A stretch of 64,000 bases of DNA, from positions 41,538-105,537 of the IMG/VR virus record IMGVR_UViG_3300037067_004901; one strand, 5' to 3'. Positions 29,800 through 40,300 of this stretch are shown here, one piece after another; within the stretch, counting starts at the first letter, position 1, and each line of letters begins with the position of its first letter. This DNA comes from a virus (Duplodnaviria > Caudoviricetes). The notes under the pieces were generated by a model. The model searched no databases. It was not told the DNA's origin and saw nothing but the letters and a program-made list of their open reading frames with translations. The position numbers and the translations under genes were made by a program.

Positions 29800-30767
29800 T
29801 GATATATAAAAACATTGGAAGTGACAAAATATCTGCAATAGGGTATGGAAGTTATGGTATTTATAACAAAAAACATATAGATTCTATAAAATACGCACTA
29901 GATTGTGGCATTAATTTTATTGATACAGCAGAAAGTTATAATAATGGTGATTCAGAAATAATGATAGGTCGTGCTATCAAAGATGTGCGTAAAAAAGTTT
30001 TTTTAGCGACTAAAGTTTCTGCTGAAAATTTAAGTTATAATGATGTATTGAATTCGTGTTATTTAAGTTTAATGCGCTTGAATACAAATTATATAGACTT
30101 GTATCAAATACATTGGCCAAATTCTAATATACCATTACTATCTACTTTAGAAGCTATGCGAACATTATTAAAAAGTGGTCATATACGTTATGTCGGGGTT
30201 AGTAATTTTACATATAAACAGTTAGAAAAAGCTTATGAATTTTTAGGTAATTCATTAGTGTCTATACAGAATGAATATAATCCAATAGAGCGTACTGTAG
30301 AAGATGAAATTTTACCATTTTGTGAAAAAAATGGTATCATATTAATTTCATATAGTCCATATAAATTTTCAAGTTATATTGATTTAAAAAATTCTACATT
30401 TATATTATCTTGGATTATAAGTCACAGTAATGTTGTAACGCTTGTTAAATCATTAAATAAAAAACATATTAAAATGAATTGTAATGAATTAGAATACATA
30501 GAATATGACGGTGACGATTTTATAAACGCAAAGAAATGTATATATCTTCCAATTAAATATATTTATAATGTAAATAAAGAATGTGATTACATACCAACTC
30601 CGTTAGATTTATCTAAAGATATAATTAACTATGGTATTTTAAAACCAATAAAAGTTAAAGAAATACATAAAAATCGATATGAAATTTTAGAAGGAAAATT
30701 GAGATTTTTAGCATGGTGCATTGCTAATCCCAATAAAGATATACCAGTAATAATTTTAAATCGTTAG
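29799..30767 (+). CDS. Aldo/keto reductase with C-terminal ParB/Srx-like domain
   Basis: IDTAESY, LATKV, IDLYQIHWP, GVSNF; C-terminal GILKPIKV...YEILEGKLRF. Confidence 0.8.
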   Translation: MIYKNIGSDKISAIGYGSYGIYNKKHIDSIKYALDCGINFIDTAESYNNGDSEIMIGRAIKDVRKKVFLATKVSAENLSYNDVLNSCYLSLMRLNTNYIDLYQIHWPNSNIPLLSTLEAMRTLLKSGHIRYVGVSNFTYKQLEKAYEFLGNSLVSIQNEYNPIERTVEDEILPFCEKNGIILISYSPYKFSSYIDLKNSTFILSWIISHSNVVTLVKSLNKKHIKMNCNELEYIEYDGDDFINAKKCIYLPIKYIYNVNKECDYIPTPLDLSKDIINYGILKPIKVKEIHKNRYEILEGKLRFLAWCIANPNKDIPVIILNR

Positions 30768-31697
30768 TTCCCCAAAAATCTAGCGAGAGACGTTGATAAA
30801 AATAAAATAACGCGCTTGGCAACGTCGGCGTAAGGAGGTAGTAAATATGTATAAAAATGGGTTCGTGGTTGCAGTAAAAATCAATGATAAGAGTGTTGAA
30901 GAAAAAGACAATAAGGTTATATTGCCTTTTGACTCTGAATATACTCTTATGTTGAAGAATAAAAACGATAGAAAGGCTGTCGCACGCGTCTTCATAGATG
31001 ATGAAGAAGCAACGGAAAAAGGTAGACTTATTATAGATGCTAATGGAGTTGTAAATCTAGAACGTTTTATAGATGATATTAATAAAGGTAAACGTTTTAA
31101 GTTTGTACCTATTTCTAATAATGCAGTAAAAGATAAAGGTAGTTCAGAGAAAGGTTTTATAGAAGTTCATTTTCAACTTGTAAAACCTGTTGTAAATAAC
31201 GTGGTTATACATGAACATCATTATCGTAGATATCGTCCATTTGATTTCTATTATAGTGATGGTCCGTTTTATGTAGATTATGATTTTCCAGTTTTTGGAA
31301 GTAGCAAGTTTTTATGTTCAAATTCTGGTGGTGGCACGGGAATGTCTATGTCTGCTGGTAGTAAGAATTTTACATTAAATTCTTACGAAACAAGCGAATT
31401 AAAAACTACTAATGAAGCATTTATACAAGATAATCATTTAGTAGAAGAACGCGGTGCGACAATTAAGGGTAGCAATTCTAGTCAAAAATTTTGCTATTCA
31501 TATGTAGGTGAACTTGAAGCACAAGAAACTATTATACGTTTTCAATTAGTTGGAACGCGAGATTCGAAAATTGCAGACCAGTATTTGAAGACACATTGTA
31601 CTCAATGTGGAAAAGCATATGATATTAATGATGTTTATTGTGCTAAATGTGGAACGAAAAAATAAATAACTATCGATAGATTCTTGGGGAACTAATG
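30762..31697. repeat. 28-bp imperfect inverted repeats (30762-30789, 31670-31697) flanking one gene
   Basis: CGTTAGTTCCCCAAAAATCTAGCGAGAG vs reverse complement CATTAGTTCCCCAAGAATCTATCGATAG (24/28). Confidence 0.8.
30847..31665 (+). CDS. Hypothetical protein with C-terminal Zn ribbon
   Basis: SD AAGGAGGT; CTQCG...YCAKCGTK. Confidence 0.75.
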   Translation: MYKNGFVVAVKINDKSVEEKDNKVILPFDSEYTLMLKNKNDRKAVARVFIDDEEATEKGRLIIDANGVVNLERFIDDINKGKRFKFVPISNNAVKDKGSSEKGFIEVHFQLVKPVVNNVVIHEHHYRRYRPFDFYYSDGPFYVDYDFPVFGSSKFLCSNSGGGTGMSMSAGSKNFTLNSYETSELKTTNEAFIQDNHLVEERGATIKGSNSSQKFCYSYVGELEAQETIIRFQLVGTRDSKIADQYLKTHCTQCGKAYDINDVYCAKCGTKK

Positions 31698-31883
31698 ATT
31701 AAAATAATACAGTATAAAGTCGGAATAAGTCCTAAATTAATGATACAAAAAATTGTTGATATGATGAATATCGATAATGGACAAATAGTTATAAAGGTAC
31801 AAAACAAAAAATTTGTTCATATTTCGTTACAACCTTCATTTAAACCCGACGAGATTGATGCTACAGAAATAAATAATGAATAA
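31695..31883 (+). CDS. Small hypothetical protein
   Basis: ORF track. Confidence 0.5.
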   Translation: MIKIIQYKVGISPKLMIQKIVDMMNIDNGQIVIKVQNKKFVHISLQPSFKPDEIDATEINNE

Positions 31884-31899
31884 AATATATAAAAAATAC

Positions 31900-31928
31900 T
31901 TGACAAAACCGTATTTATGTGATATACT
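31900..31928 (+). promoter_or_regulatory. Consensus sigma70 promoter for the structural operon
   Basis: TTGACA-17 bp-TATACT with TG. Confidence 0.8.
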
Positions 31929-32023
31929 TATAGTGTATTATAGAGATATTATAAACAGATAGTGGCGGTGAAGGCCGAGCTATGTCTTATGACATATTAG
32001 GCCTTTTTTTATGGAGGAATTTT

Positions 32024-32314
32024 ATGAGTGTATTAAAATATATAACGTATACGTCTAATGGAGTTGTAGTACAATCTGGTTCTGGCGTATCGGGTAAAGT
32101 ATTTGTAGAACGTGCAAAGTTAATCGGCACCGGTAATTCTACACTCACGATTTATGATGGTGCTGATGCTACAAACGGTAGAATTATAGCATTATTAGCT
32201 TGTGTTGCGAATGGGGCAGATGAATCTTTTATTAATGAGCCGTGTATCGGTGGTGTGTTTCAAGTATTAACTACTGGTTCTGGATTAGCACAAGCTTTAA
32301 TTTACGATAGATAA
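32024..32314 (+). CDS. Small putative virion protein
   Basis: SD GGAGG before the ATG at 32024; first gene of the structural operon. Confidence 0.55.
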   Translation: MSVLKYITYTSNGVVVQSGSGVSGKVFVERAKLIGTGNSTLTIYDGADATNGRIIALLACVANGADESFINEPCIGGVFQVLTTGSGLAQALIYDR

Positions 32315-32316
32315 TA

Positions 32317-34056
32317 ATGGCAAAAAAAATAATTAAAAAAAATGACTTAGAAGGTAATAGAGAAGTATTTGTTGATTTTGGGCATCGTGTTAAATATGGG
32401 TTAATGGATGCTCAAGAAGAACAACGATATGTTAAAGGCACTTTTTCTAAGTCTAATCGTTCTGATTATGCTAGAGTAATTGATATTCGCATACCACAAG
32501 GTTATCATGCGCAAGTCAAAAAAAGCTGGGAGATGTATGAACTCGACCGGCTTTTTCGTTATCTAATAGATAGACAAGTTGATTTTGCAGCCAATGGTTT
32601 TGAGTGGGAGTTAGCTTATCCAAAAGAACAAAAACAAGGTTGGTGGGATTTTGTTCAAAGTATTATTGGTGGTAAAAATAAAATTGTAGAACAAATAGAA
32701 AATGAAAAATTATTTTGGGATGCTTGGTCTGCCACTATAAATAAAGATGTTCCGAATGTTCTACCTGGATTAGATGAAGTTATAAAATGGATTTTTAAAT
32801 CATTTAAATTAAATGCCATGGCTCCTATAAACTGGGAGTGGGGCACAATAGAAGTTGATAAAGTTACATACGAAGTTCCGATTAGAATGACTTTACAAAA
32901 TGCATTATCTACTGTTTTAGTAAGAAAAACATCAAATTTTGTAGATGAACAATTTTGGTTAAAAATATCTTCGCAAGAAAACGTAACTGAATATAATAAA
33001 AATTCTACAGCAATTGCTAATAGTTTGTCTGAAACACCTACAGAAGAAAATCAGTATTGGCATAGAATACCAATATTAAATGCTAGTGGTGAAGAAGATT
33101 CACCAGAACAAGGTTTTGTTTTAAAATATCAATGGTCTCCATCTGACAACACCGCTTTAAATCAAGGAAGAAACACTACAATTGGACAAGGACTATACCC
33201 AACCCCACCATATGTTGCACTATACGACGTTTTGATGCTTCGTCGTTCATTATCTGCTTCTGATTTAGCAATTCTTGATGGTGTTATACATTATATACTT
33301 GATTGGAGTATTGGTGATGATACGGCAGATAAACAAGGTAGACTTGTTAATCAACCGCGTATAGCAAGAAAAGATGCAAGTGGAAATATAACTGAAAAAT
33401 CATCGATACAACTTGCAAAAGAAGCTATTACTAATGATAATCGTGGACCTGTAATGCAAATATTTCATCCTTATTATTACAAATTAGAAATTAAAGTTCC
33501 AGATGTTAAGTCATTGGTATCAGTCGAAAAATACACACACTCTACTTCTGAACTATATTCTTCATTTGGAATTCTTATTGGACCAGTAAGTGCAAATAAT
33601 AATTTTGATTCAATTAATATACAAAATTTTGAAGAAGAAATTGATGGTATGCGTAGATATGTTAAAAGATTTTTTGAATCTTTGTGTAGTGAAATAGTAA
33701 GAAGAAATGAAAAAAAACTTACTGTATTACCAAATATGATTTTTAATGTATTAAATACTAAATTAGAAGCATTTAGAGAATCATTAATAAATCTTATGAA
33801 GATAGGGAAGGTGTCAACAAAGACATTATTACAAGCACATGATTTAGATGATAAAGTAGAAATCATGCGTATAGGCAAAGAACTTGCTTCAGGTGAAAAA
33901 GAATTAACTGATAAAAATGTACCAATAAGTTATAAACAAGTAGCTGTTGGTCCAGATGGAGAAATTGTTGAAAGTACAGTTTCTTCTGGGGCACAAGGTG
34001 GACGTCCAACAGGAAAGACTGGAAAAAATAAAACAAAGAAAGAATTGGAGGAATAA
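32317..34056 (+). CDS. Portal protein (putative)
   Basis: 579 aa, upstream of prohead protease, GGRP C-terminal tail. Confidence 0.65.
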   Translation: MAKKIIKKNDLEGNREVFVDFGHRVKYGLMDAQEEQRYVKGTFSKSNRSDYARVIDIRIPQGYHAQVKKSWEMYELDRLFRYLIDRQVDFAANGFEWELAYPKEQKQGWWDFVQSIIGGKNKIVEQIENEKLFWDAWSATINKDVPNVLPGLDEVIKWIFKSFKLNAMAPINWEWGTIEVDKVTYEVPIRMTLQNALSTVLVRKTSNFVDEQFWLKISSQENVTEYNKNSTAIANSLSETPTEENQYWHRIPILNASGEEDSPEQGFVLKYQWSPSDNTALNQGRNTTIGQGLYPTPPYVALYDVLMLRRSLSASDLAILDGVIHYILDWSIGDDTADKQGRLVNQPRIARKDASGNITEKSSIQLAKEAITNDNRGPVMQIFHPYYYKLEIKVPDVKSLVSVEKYTHSTSELYSSFGILIGPVSANNNFDSINIQNFEEEIDGMRRYVKRFFESLCSEIVRRNEKKLTVLPNMIFNVLNTKLEAFRESLINLMKIGKVSTKTLLQAHDLDDKVEIMRIGKELASGEKELTDKNVPISYKQVAVGPDGEIVESTVSSGAQGGRPTGKTGKNKTKKELEE

Positions 34057-34274
34057 TGGACGAGTTAAAAGTTACAGTTAAAATAACATCAGAAGAATTA
34101 AATGCATTGCAATTAAGAGAAGATATATTATTTAAAAAAGATTTAGAAAAAAAATTATTGCAAAATGAAAGAGATATGTATTGGATAACTTTGATAAAAA
34201 AATACAATCTAGATGAGAAGAAAACTTATTCTATTGATAAAGATGGGAACGTGATAGAGAAAAAAGATAAATAG
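34056..34274 (+). CDS. Hypothetical protein
   Basis: SD GGAGG. Confidence 0.55.
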   Translation: MDELKVTVKITSEELNALQLREDILFKKDLEKKLLQNERDMYWITLIKKYNLDEKKTYSIDKDGNVIEKKDK

Positions 34275-34317
34275 CATAATAATTTTTTCTGTCTATAAAA
34301 TATAGGTATATAATATT

Positions 34318-34674
34318 ATGGCAAAAAATGGTAATAATAGTTCAAGTAGTAACAACAGTTCAGGAGGGTTGATATTTAGACTAGCAACTACATTAATTGG
34401 GTCATTATTAACTATTATAACAACATTAAGTTTATTTATTACGACCGGTATAAAAAGTGATGTTAAAGATATAGATGCAAAATTATTTTCACATTTGACA
34501 AATCATGATTTACATAGAATAGATGTAGTTTCAATGTCAGAATATAAAGTACAATTAGAAGCTAATCGAATTACACAAAATGAATTTGCTCAATGTATAA
34601 AGGAATTGAGAGCAACAACTTTAAAAGATAAAGAAATATTAAATGAATTACGTGTTAAGCAAGGTAAAGAATAA
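34318..34674 (+). CDS. Membrane protein with coiled coil
   Basis: One hydrophobic helix. Confidence 0.55.
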   Translation: MAKNGNNSSSSNNSSGGLIFRLATTLIGSLLTIITTLSLFITTGIKSDVKDIDAKLFSHLTNHDLHRIDVVSMSEYKVQLEANRITQNEFAQCIKELRATTLKDKEILNELRVKQGKE

Positions 34675-34676
34675 TA

Positions 34677-36053
34677 TTGGGGGCGAATAACTTGACTATT
34701 GAAAAATATAAAATACCATTTGATGCACAATTAGATATTGCTAAAACATATGAGGATGCTGGTCAACAGTATGTAGAGGGTTATGCCGCTACGACAGATT
34801 ATGACGACCAAGGCGACATAATTACTCCAGAAGCACTTAAACAATCAGAAGGTGATTTATTAGAACGTTCTACTGTATTGTTTAATCATGATAAAGAAAG
34901 ACCGATTGGTAAAGTAGAAAAAGCAACGGGGGATAATAAAGGGCTTAAAATAAAAGTTCTAATCTCTAAAGCTGAACCAGATATATGGCAAAAAATAAAG
35001 GAAGGAGTTATTAATAAATTTTCTATTCGTGGTGCTATTTTAGAAGCAAATAAAGAAAAAGTAAAACAATCTGGTAAAGAAATTTGGGCGAATATTATTA
35101 AAGCCATGAAACTTATAGAAGTTAGTATGGTATCTGTGCCGGCTAATTCTGAAGCAAAAGCATTGTCTTGGTATATGTCTAAAGCTATAGAAGAAAGCAC
35201 AAATAATGCAAATGATAAAGAAAATTTATTAAAAGAAATAGAAGATTATAAGAAAAAAATAGAAGTATTAGACAATATTATAAAAGAATTGAAAGGTTAT
35301 AGTGTAGTCAATGGAGTTATGCAACCTACGTCTAGACTGCGTGCCTATGCTACACATATACTAGGACTGAAAGATTGTAAACTTGGGCAGAATATTAATA
35401 TAAGTGCAAGTGGTTCTATAAAATCTCTAGAATCTGATGAATATTATGGGGATACTTGTCTTATAGATATTAATAAAGGTGAATTAACGGAGGTGCAAAA
35501 AACAATGGCAGATATTAAGAAAAAAGATGGTACTGTATATACGCAAGAAGAAATAGATGCGTTAGAATCAAAATTGGTTTCTACAGCTAAAGAACTTGAA
35601 ACTGCGAAAGCGGCTGATGCTACTGCGAAAGCAGAAATTGAATCAGCAAAAGTTGAAGCAAAGAAAAGTTTAGACGTTGTTGTTGCTGAAAAATCTAGCG
35701 CAGAAACTAAACTTGCTGATTTACAGAAAAAATTTGATGATGTCACGAAAGAACTTAATGATGCAAAAGCTAAACAAGCTGATGAAGATGTGAATAAGAA
35801 AGTTGATGTTAAATGGGCGGAATTAGAAGGAAAAGCTTATAAAAAAGAAGATTCTTCTATTATTAAACCTATTTTAAAGAAAGGATTTTTAAGTCAAGCA
35901 CTTACTCCTGAAGAAACTGATTCTTTAATCAGTAAAAAAATTCAAGGTAGTGTATTGAAACTTGGTTTCGAAGCAGTAGTTACAAAATCTATGTCGAAAG
36001 AACGTCATGATGAAATCGTAAAATATGCAGGAATCAAAGTAAAAAAACAATAG
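34677..36053 (+). CDS. HK97-family prohead protease with C-terminal scaffold
   Basis: VEGYA..DYDDQGDII, LFNHD...PIGK, FSIRG, EVSMVSVPAN; coiled-coil C-terminus. Confidence 0.88.
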   Translation: MGANNLTIEKYKIPFDAQLDIAKTYEDAGQQYVEGYAATTDYDDQGDIITPEALKQSEGDLLERSTVLFNHDKERPIGKVEKATGDNKGLKIKVLISKAEPDIWQKIKEGVINKFSIRGAILEANKEKVKQSGKEIWANIIKAMKLIEVSMVSVPANSEAKALSWYMSKAIEESTNNANDKENLLKEIEDYKKKIEVLDNIIKELKGYSVVNGVMQPTSRLRAYATHILGLKDCKLGQNINISASGSIKSLESDEYYGDTCLIDINKGELTEVQKTMADIKKKDGTVYTQEEIDALESKLVSTAKELETAKAADATAKAEIESAKVEAKKSLDVVVAEKSSAETKLADLQKKFDDVTKELNDAKAKQADEDVNKKVDVKWAELEGKAYKKEDSSIIKPILKKGFLSQALTPEETDSLISKKIQGSVLKLGFEAVVTKSMSKERHDEIVKYAGIKVKKQ

Positions 36054-36073
36054 ATTTTAGGAGGTGTTAACAA

Positions 36074-36445
36074 ATGTCTGATATAAATAGTTTAGAAAGA
36101 AGTTTTGGTGCGAAGATAGCTACTGGGGAATACACATCACCAGGTTGTTTACTTCACATCAATAGTGGTGCTGGTACAGTTCAACCTGCTCTATCTCCTG
36201 GTCTGTGGGCACATGGAGTTGCAGTAGTTTCTGGTGCTGGTACTAAAACTGGTGGTATATCACAATATGCTACGCTTGTAAGATGTGCCAGAGTAGTCAA
36301 CTCTGATTGGAGTTGGTCGAAAGGTTCTCCAGTTTATTTGAGTACAACTGCTGGGCTGATTGCTCAAACTGGAACACAAAAAGTAGGTTTTGCTTTGGAT
36401 TCTGATGAAGTATTCATTGATTTAGACTTACAAACAATAACATAA
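36074..36445 (+). CDS. Capsid cement/decoration protein (putative)
   Basis: Lies between scaffold and MCP; GSPVYLSTTAG...QKVGFA. Confidence 0.65.
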   Translation: MSDINSLERSFGAKIATGEYTSPGCLLHINSGAGTVQPALSPGLWAHGVAVVSGAGTKTGGISQYATLVRCARVVNSDWSWSKGSPVYLSTTAGLIAQTGTQKVGFALDSDEVFIDLDLQTIT

Positions 36446-36471
36446 TATTATATATAATGGAGGTGAATTAA

Positions 36472-37506
36472 ATGGCTGTTGAAAATAGAGGTTTCACAAC
36501 TACTGATGGGATAGATATAAATGAAGTATATTACAACACAGTTCTACCTATCATCGACATATATAATGCAGAAGAAGTATTAGATATTCGTACGATGGTT
36601 TGTATAGACGGTGATGAATCATATTATAAATTTCCTGTCAATACTGCGAAATGGAAATTCCAAAAACTAGGTGAAGTTGAAAAACCAACTTCTCATAAAT
36701 TAGTTTGGGGGAAAAGACAAAAAGATACCGAAAAATATGGTCTTGGTATAACTTATACTTTTGATTGGTTAATGAGCGAACAAGCAAGTTCTGACCAGAT
36801 AGCAAGAATGGCTGCAAAAGCTGTTGCTACTGATAGAGACTTACAAACCGCTGTTATCATAGAAAATTGCTTAAAAAGCGCAAGTTCGGATGGATTTTAC
36901 GCTGGTGCAAGTTATTATGATACCAATGAAAAACAAGATAGACCTCAACCATATGGTAATAATGTCTTCTTGACTACACATACTCACTATAATGCGACTG
37001 GCTCTGCAACGTTAAGAGTTTCTGACTTAACTGCGGCAAAAGAACATTTGAAAGAGCATGGATGGGGTGCACCATTTGTAGGATTCTGTAATGCAGATTT
37101 CATAAAAAAGCTAGAAGATTTAATTGGTCTGTTCATTACAACTACTGCAAATTATGCAAGTTTGGGTCAAGCAATACCTGACCAAACAATGAGAGAAGGT
37201 TTCAAAGGTAGTCTACTTGGAATAAACTGGGTTGAAACAGAATGGATGCCCGATGATTATTTCTTAATCATAGCATCGAAAGCTGGAGAAGACAAACCAG
37301 TAAGATTTATCCAAAAAAAGAATCCATCTGCACAAGGATTGATTCTTGTTCCTGGTAGTTATAATGTGCAATATCCATTAATCGAAGCATCTTATTTAAG
37401 ATGGTTCACAACACAAGTATTATACAGAGCCGCTGGATACGTAGGTTATATTACTGCGAGTTCATATTCTGACCCTGATTTAATATCTAATGTTGTAGAC
37501 ACTTAA
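36472..37506 (+). CDS. Major capsid protein
   Basis: 344 aa, position, strong SD, followed by hairpin; GSLLGINWVETEWMP resembles the HK97-fold C-terminus. Confidence 0.78.
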   Translation: MAVENRGFTTTDGIDINEVYYNTVLPIIDIYNAEEVLDIRTMVCIDGDESYYKFPVNTAKWKFQKLGEVEKPTSHKLVWGKRQKDTEKYGLGITYTFDWLMSEQASSDQIARMAAKAVATDRDLQTAVIIENCLKSASSDGFYAGASYYDTNEKQDRPQPYGNNVFLTTHTHYNATGSATLRVSDLTAAKEHLKEHGWGAPFVGFCNADFIKKLEDLIGLFITTTANYASLGQAIPDQTMREGFKGSLLGINWVETEWMPDDYFLIIASKAGEDKPVRFIQKKNPSAQGLILVPGSYNVQYPLIEASYLRWFTTQVLYRAAGYVGYITASSYSDPDLISNVVDT

Positions 37507-37537
37507 TTAAGTTGAATAGATTGTAAGATATAAAAAT

Positions 37538-37577
37538 TATACCGGGTACGGGATAAAATCTCGTCCCGGTATACTTT
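37538..37577 (+). terminator. Hairpin after MCP
   Basis: TATACCGGG.ACGGGAT/ATCTCGT.CCCGGTATA. Confidence 0.6.
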
Positions 37578-37591
37578 AAAAGATAGGGGGA

Positions 37592-37990
37592 TTGAAAATG
37601 GCTAAAAAATATAGAATAATTTCGGGTTTCACTTATAAGGGTGAAGATGGTAAAGCAAAACAAGAAAAATGGGTTAGAATAGGTCCCGGTGAAGAGGTAC
37701 CAAAATTAAATAGTGATGAATTAAATAAATTTATTTCACAAGAAAAAATAGCAGAAATTAGCGCAGAAACTGGTGAAGTTATACAAACAAAAAAAGTTAC
37801 TACTCTTAATGATATAGAAATGGAAAGATTTATTAGAAAAAGTACACCATCTATTTTAGCGGCGTTACAAACTGATGAATTCTCTATTGAAACATTAGGT
37901 AAAATGATTATTATAGCTGAAAGAGAAAAATTAGATAATAGAATTAAAACAGCATTAGAAGAAAAACTAAATAAAAAAGTTTCTGCTTAA
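37592..37990 (+). CDS. Hypothetical protein
   Basis: ORF track. Confidence 0.6.
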   Translation: MKMAKKYRIISGFTYKGEDGKAKQEKWVRIGPGEEVPKLNSDELNKFISQEKIAEISAETGEVIQTKKVTTLNDIEMERFIRKSTPSILAALQTDEFSIETLGKMIIIAEREKLDNRIKTALEEKLNKKVSA

Positions 37991-38025
37991 TATAAAATTT
38001 TTAGATAGAAAGAAGGAGAGTATAT

Positions 38026-40278
38026 ATGAGTAAAAAAAAGTTATTGATTATTTCTGATTCTCCAACATTGACAACAGGTTTAGGTAGAATTTGTAGAGAA
38101 ATAGCAACTCGGCTCTTTGACAAATATGATTTAGCTGTGGCTGGTTGGCATCAGCAACCAGTAAAACATCAATTTCCATTTTTTATTTATCCATTTACTA
38201 AAACATTAGCATTTGAAACTGAAAATCAATTACGTTCTATTGTGCAGGATTTTTCACCAGATATAGTGCTTTGCATAGGAGATATTTGGGATTTTATACC
38301 AGCGAGTAGAGTATTTGCGCAATGTAGAGATGTTAATGAAAATTTTAAAGCTATTCTATGGGTAACAGTAGATGGTGAGTGGATAGAGCTAAGTTGGAGT
38401 GATATATTAAGACAATTTGATTCTGTTGCATCTATGTCTCAATTTGGTGTAAAAGAAATAAAAAAAATATCACCGCGTTTTAAAGATATTGTTATTTATC
38501 CTGGATTAGATAAAAATACATTCAAATCATTAAATGCTAATTTAAATGTAAAAGAAATTAATTTAGATATTAACAATACTTTTACAATACTAAATATTGG
38601 TCAAAATTGCGATAGAAAAAACATTCCAGCTACAATAGATGCTTTTGCGGAATTTCAAAAAAATAAAAAAGATACTTTTTTATTTTTAGGAACAGACCCA
38701 GAATCATCAACAGGTCACAATTTATGGGCTATTATCAAACGTAATAAATTAGAACGTAATGTTACTGTAGTTAAAAATATTAAACCTATACAAGGTATAG
38801 AAGATAATAGATTAAATTTACTTTATAATATATGTAAAGTAAATATTAATTCTTCTATAGGTGAAGGACTTTGTTTACCAATTTTAGAAGGCATGTCGTC
38901 AGGATGTATACCTATTGTAACAGATTATGCGGCCACACCAGAGTTAGTTGAAAAATGCGGTTTAAAAATCAAAGTTTCAGAATTTATATATGGTGCATAT
39001 GGTGTAGTTAGAGCTGTAATATCAAAAAAAGACTTAATAGAAAAACTTGAAATTTTATATTCTGACTGGAAAAAATATAAAGATTTACCAAATAAAGAAG
39101 ATAGTTTATATTTTTCTCTAAAAGATAAATGTAAAAAAGAAGTTTCAAAATATACATGGGAAGAAACAGTAAAACAAATTTCAGAGTTAATAGAAGACAC
39201 ATGCGAAAACAAAAAGAATAGAGAGTTTTTAAAATCTTCGATTAAAATAGAAGACTTAAAACTTTTAATGGTTATACCATCATGGGGAAAAAATTGTGGT
39301 ATAGCTGAATATACTAAGCAACTTGGTGAAAGTATGGAAAAAAATGGAACAAAAGTTTCCATTTATAGTAACAATAATTTAAAAGATTTAATACCGCACT
39401 TGAGTAAATTCAATTGCATTTATATACAACATGAATATTCGTTCTTTCAAAACAGAACAGATTTAGAAGAATTTTTAGATAAGGCACGAGAATCGAAAGT
39501 CAAAACAGTAATATTAATGCACACGTTTGCACCACTATACCCATATTTAAACATGGTAATAGATAAAGCAGATGCTGTAATATTTCATAATGAGACATTC
39601 AAAAAATTTGCTATGAAACAGCGTATTGATGCAAAAAATGTGCATGTCGTATCGATGGGTTGTTATGCTAAATTTATAGAAGATAACACAGAAATAAAAA
39701 ATAAATTAAATATTTCTGATAAATACCCAATAATTGGTTCTTTCGGATTTTTACGTGACCAAAAGGGATATAACGAACTTGTCTTAGCTGTAAAAGCTAT
39801 GAAAGAAAAATATCCTAATATTCTTTGTCTAATAGTTGCTCCACCGCATGAGTTTGGTAGCAAGTCATATGATGAGACGTTCTTTAGATTTATCGAAGAT
39901 GAGCAAATGCAGAGTAATGTTTTATTAATAAGAGAGTATCTTGATGATGCAAAATTATTAAAAACATTAAACGCGTGTGACTTATTCGTATTGAATTATA
40001 AAGATAACCCAACAATGGGTGGAAATTCTGCGGCTTGTAAGACATTATTGAGATTATGTAAACCAATAATAGTACCAAATGGTATAGCATTTCTTGATAT
40101 GCAAGATGAAGTTTATAAAGTTAATAATTTAAATAAACAACTCATTATACAAAGCGTAGATAAAATATTAGAAAATAAAGAATTACAAAATAAGATTTCC
40201 CAAAACGCTGAGGCGTTTTTAAATAAGAATGATTGGTTGAATGTTGCAAAATCGCATTTAGCGATTTGCAAAGAATAA
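38026..40278 (+). CDS. Tandem two-module GT4 glycosyltransferase
   Basis: SDSPTLTTGLG, RKNIP, EGLCLPILEG; second module CGIAEYT, QHEYS, FGFLRDQKG. Confidence 0.88.
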   Translation: MSKKKLLIISDSPTLTTGLGRICREIATRLFDKYDLAVAGWHQQPVKHQFPFFIYPFTKTLAFETENQLRSIVQDFSPDIVLCIGDIWDFIPASRVFAQCRDVNENFKAILWVTVDGEWIELSWSDILRQFDSVASMSQFGVKEIKKISPRFKDIVIYPGLDKNTFKSLNANLNVKEINLDINNTFTILNIGQNCDRKNIPATIDAFAEFQKNKKDTFLFLGTDPESSTGHNLWAIIKRNKLERNVTVVKNIKPIQGIEDNRLNLLYNICKVNINSSIGEGLCLPILEGMSSGCIPIVTDYAATPELVEKCGLKIKVSEFIYGAYGVVRAVISKKDLIEKLEILYSDWKKYKDLPNKEDSLYFSLKDKCKKEVSKYTWEETVKQISELIEDTCENKKNREFLKSSIKIEDLKLLMVIPSWGKNCGIAEYTKQLGESMEKNGTKVSIYSNNNLKDLIPHLSKFNCIYIQHEYSFFQNRTDLEEFLDKARESKVKTVILMHTFAPLYPYLNMVIDKADAVIFHNETFKKFAMKQRIDAKNVHVVSMGCYAKFIEDNTEIKNKLNISDKYPIIGSFGFLRDQKGYNELVLAVKAMKEKYPNILCLIVAPPHEFGSKSYDETFFRFIEDEQMQSNVLLIREYLDDAKLLKTLNACDLFVLNYKDNPTMGGNSAACKTLLRLCKPIIVPNGIAFLDMQDEVYKVNNLNKQLIIQSVDKILENKELQNKISQNAEAFLNKNDWLNVAKSHLAICKE

Positions 40279-40300
40279 AGACAGATAGGAGGTTTATTTT

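Noticed and set aside
30762-31697. Autonomous IS element
   Set aside because: The enclosed ORF has no transposase motif and no target-site duplication is evident.
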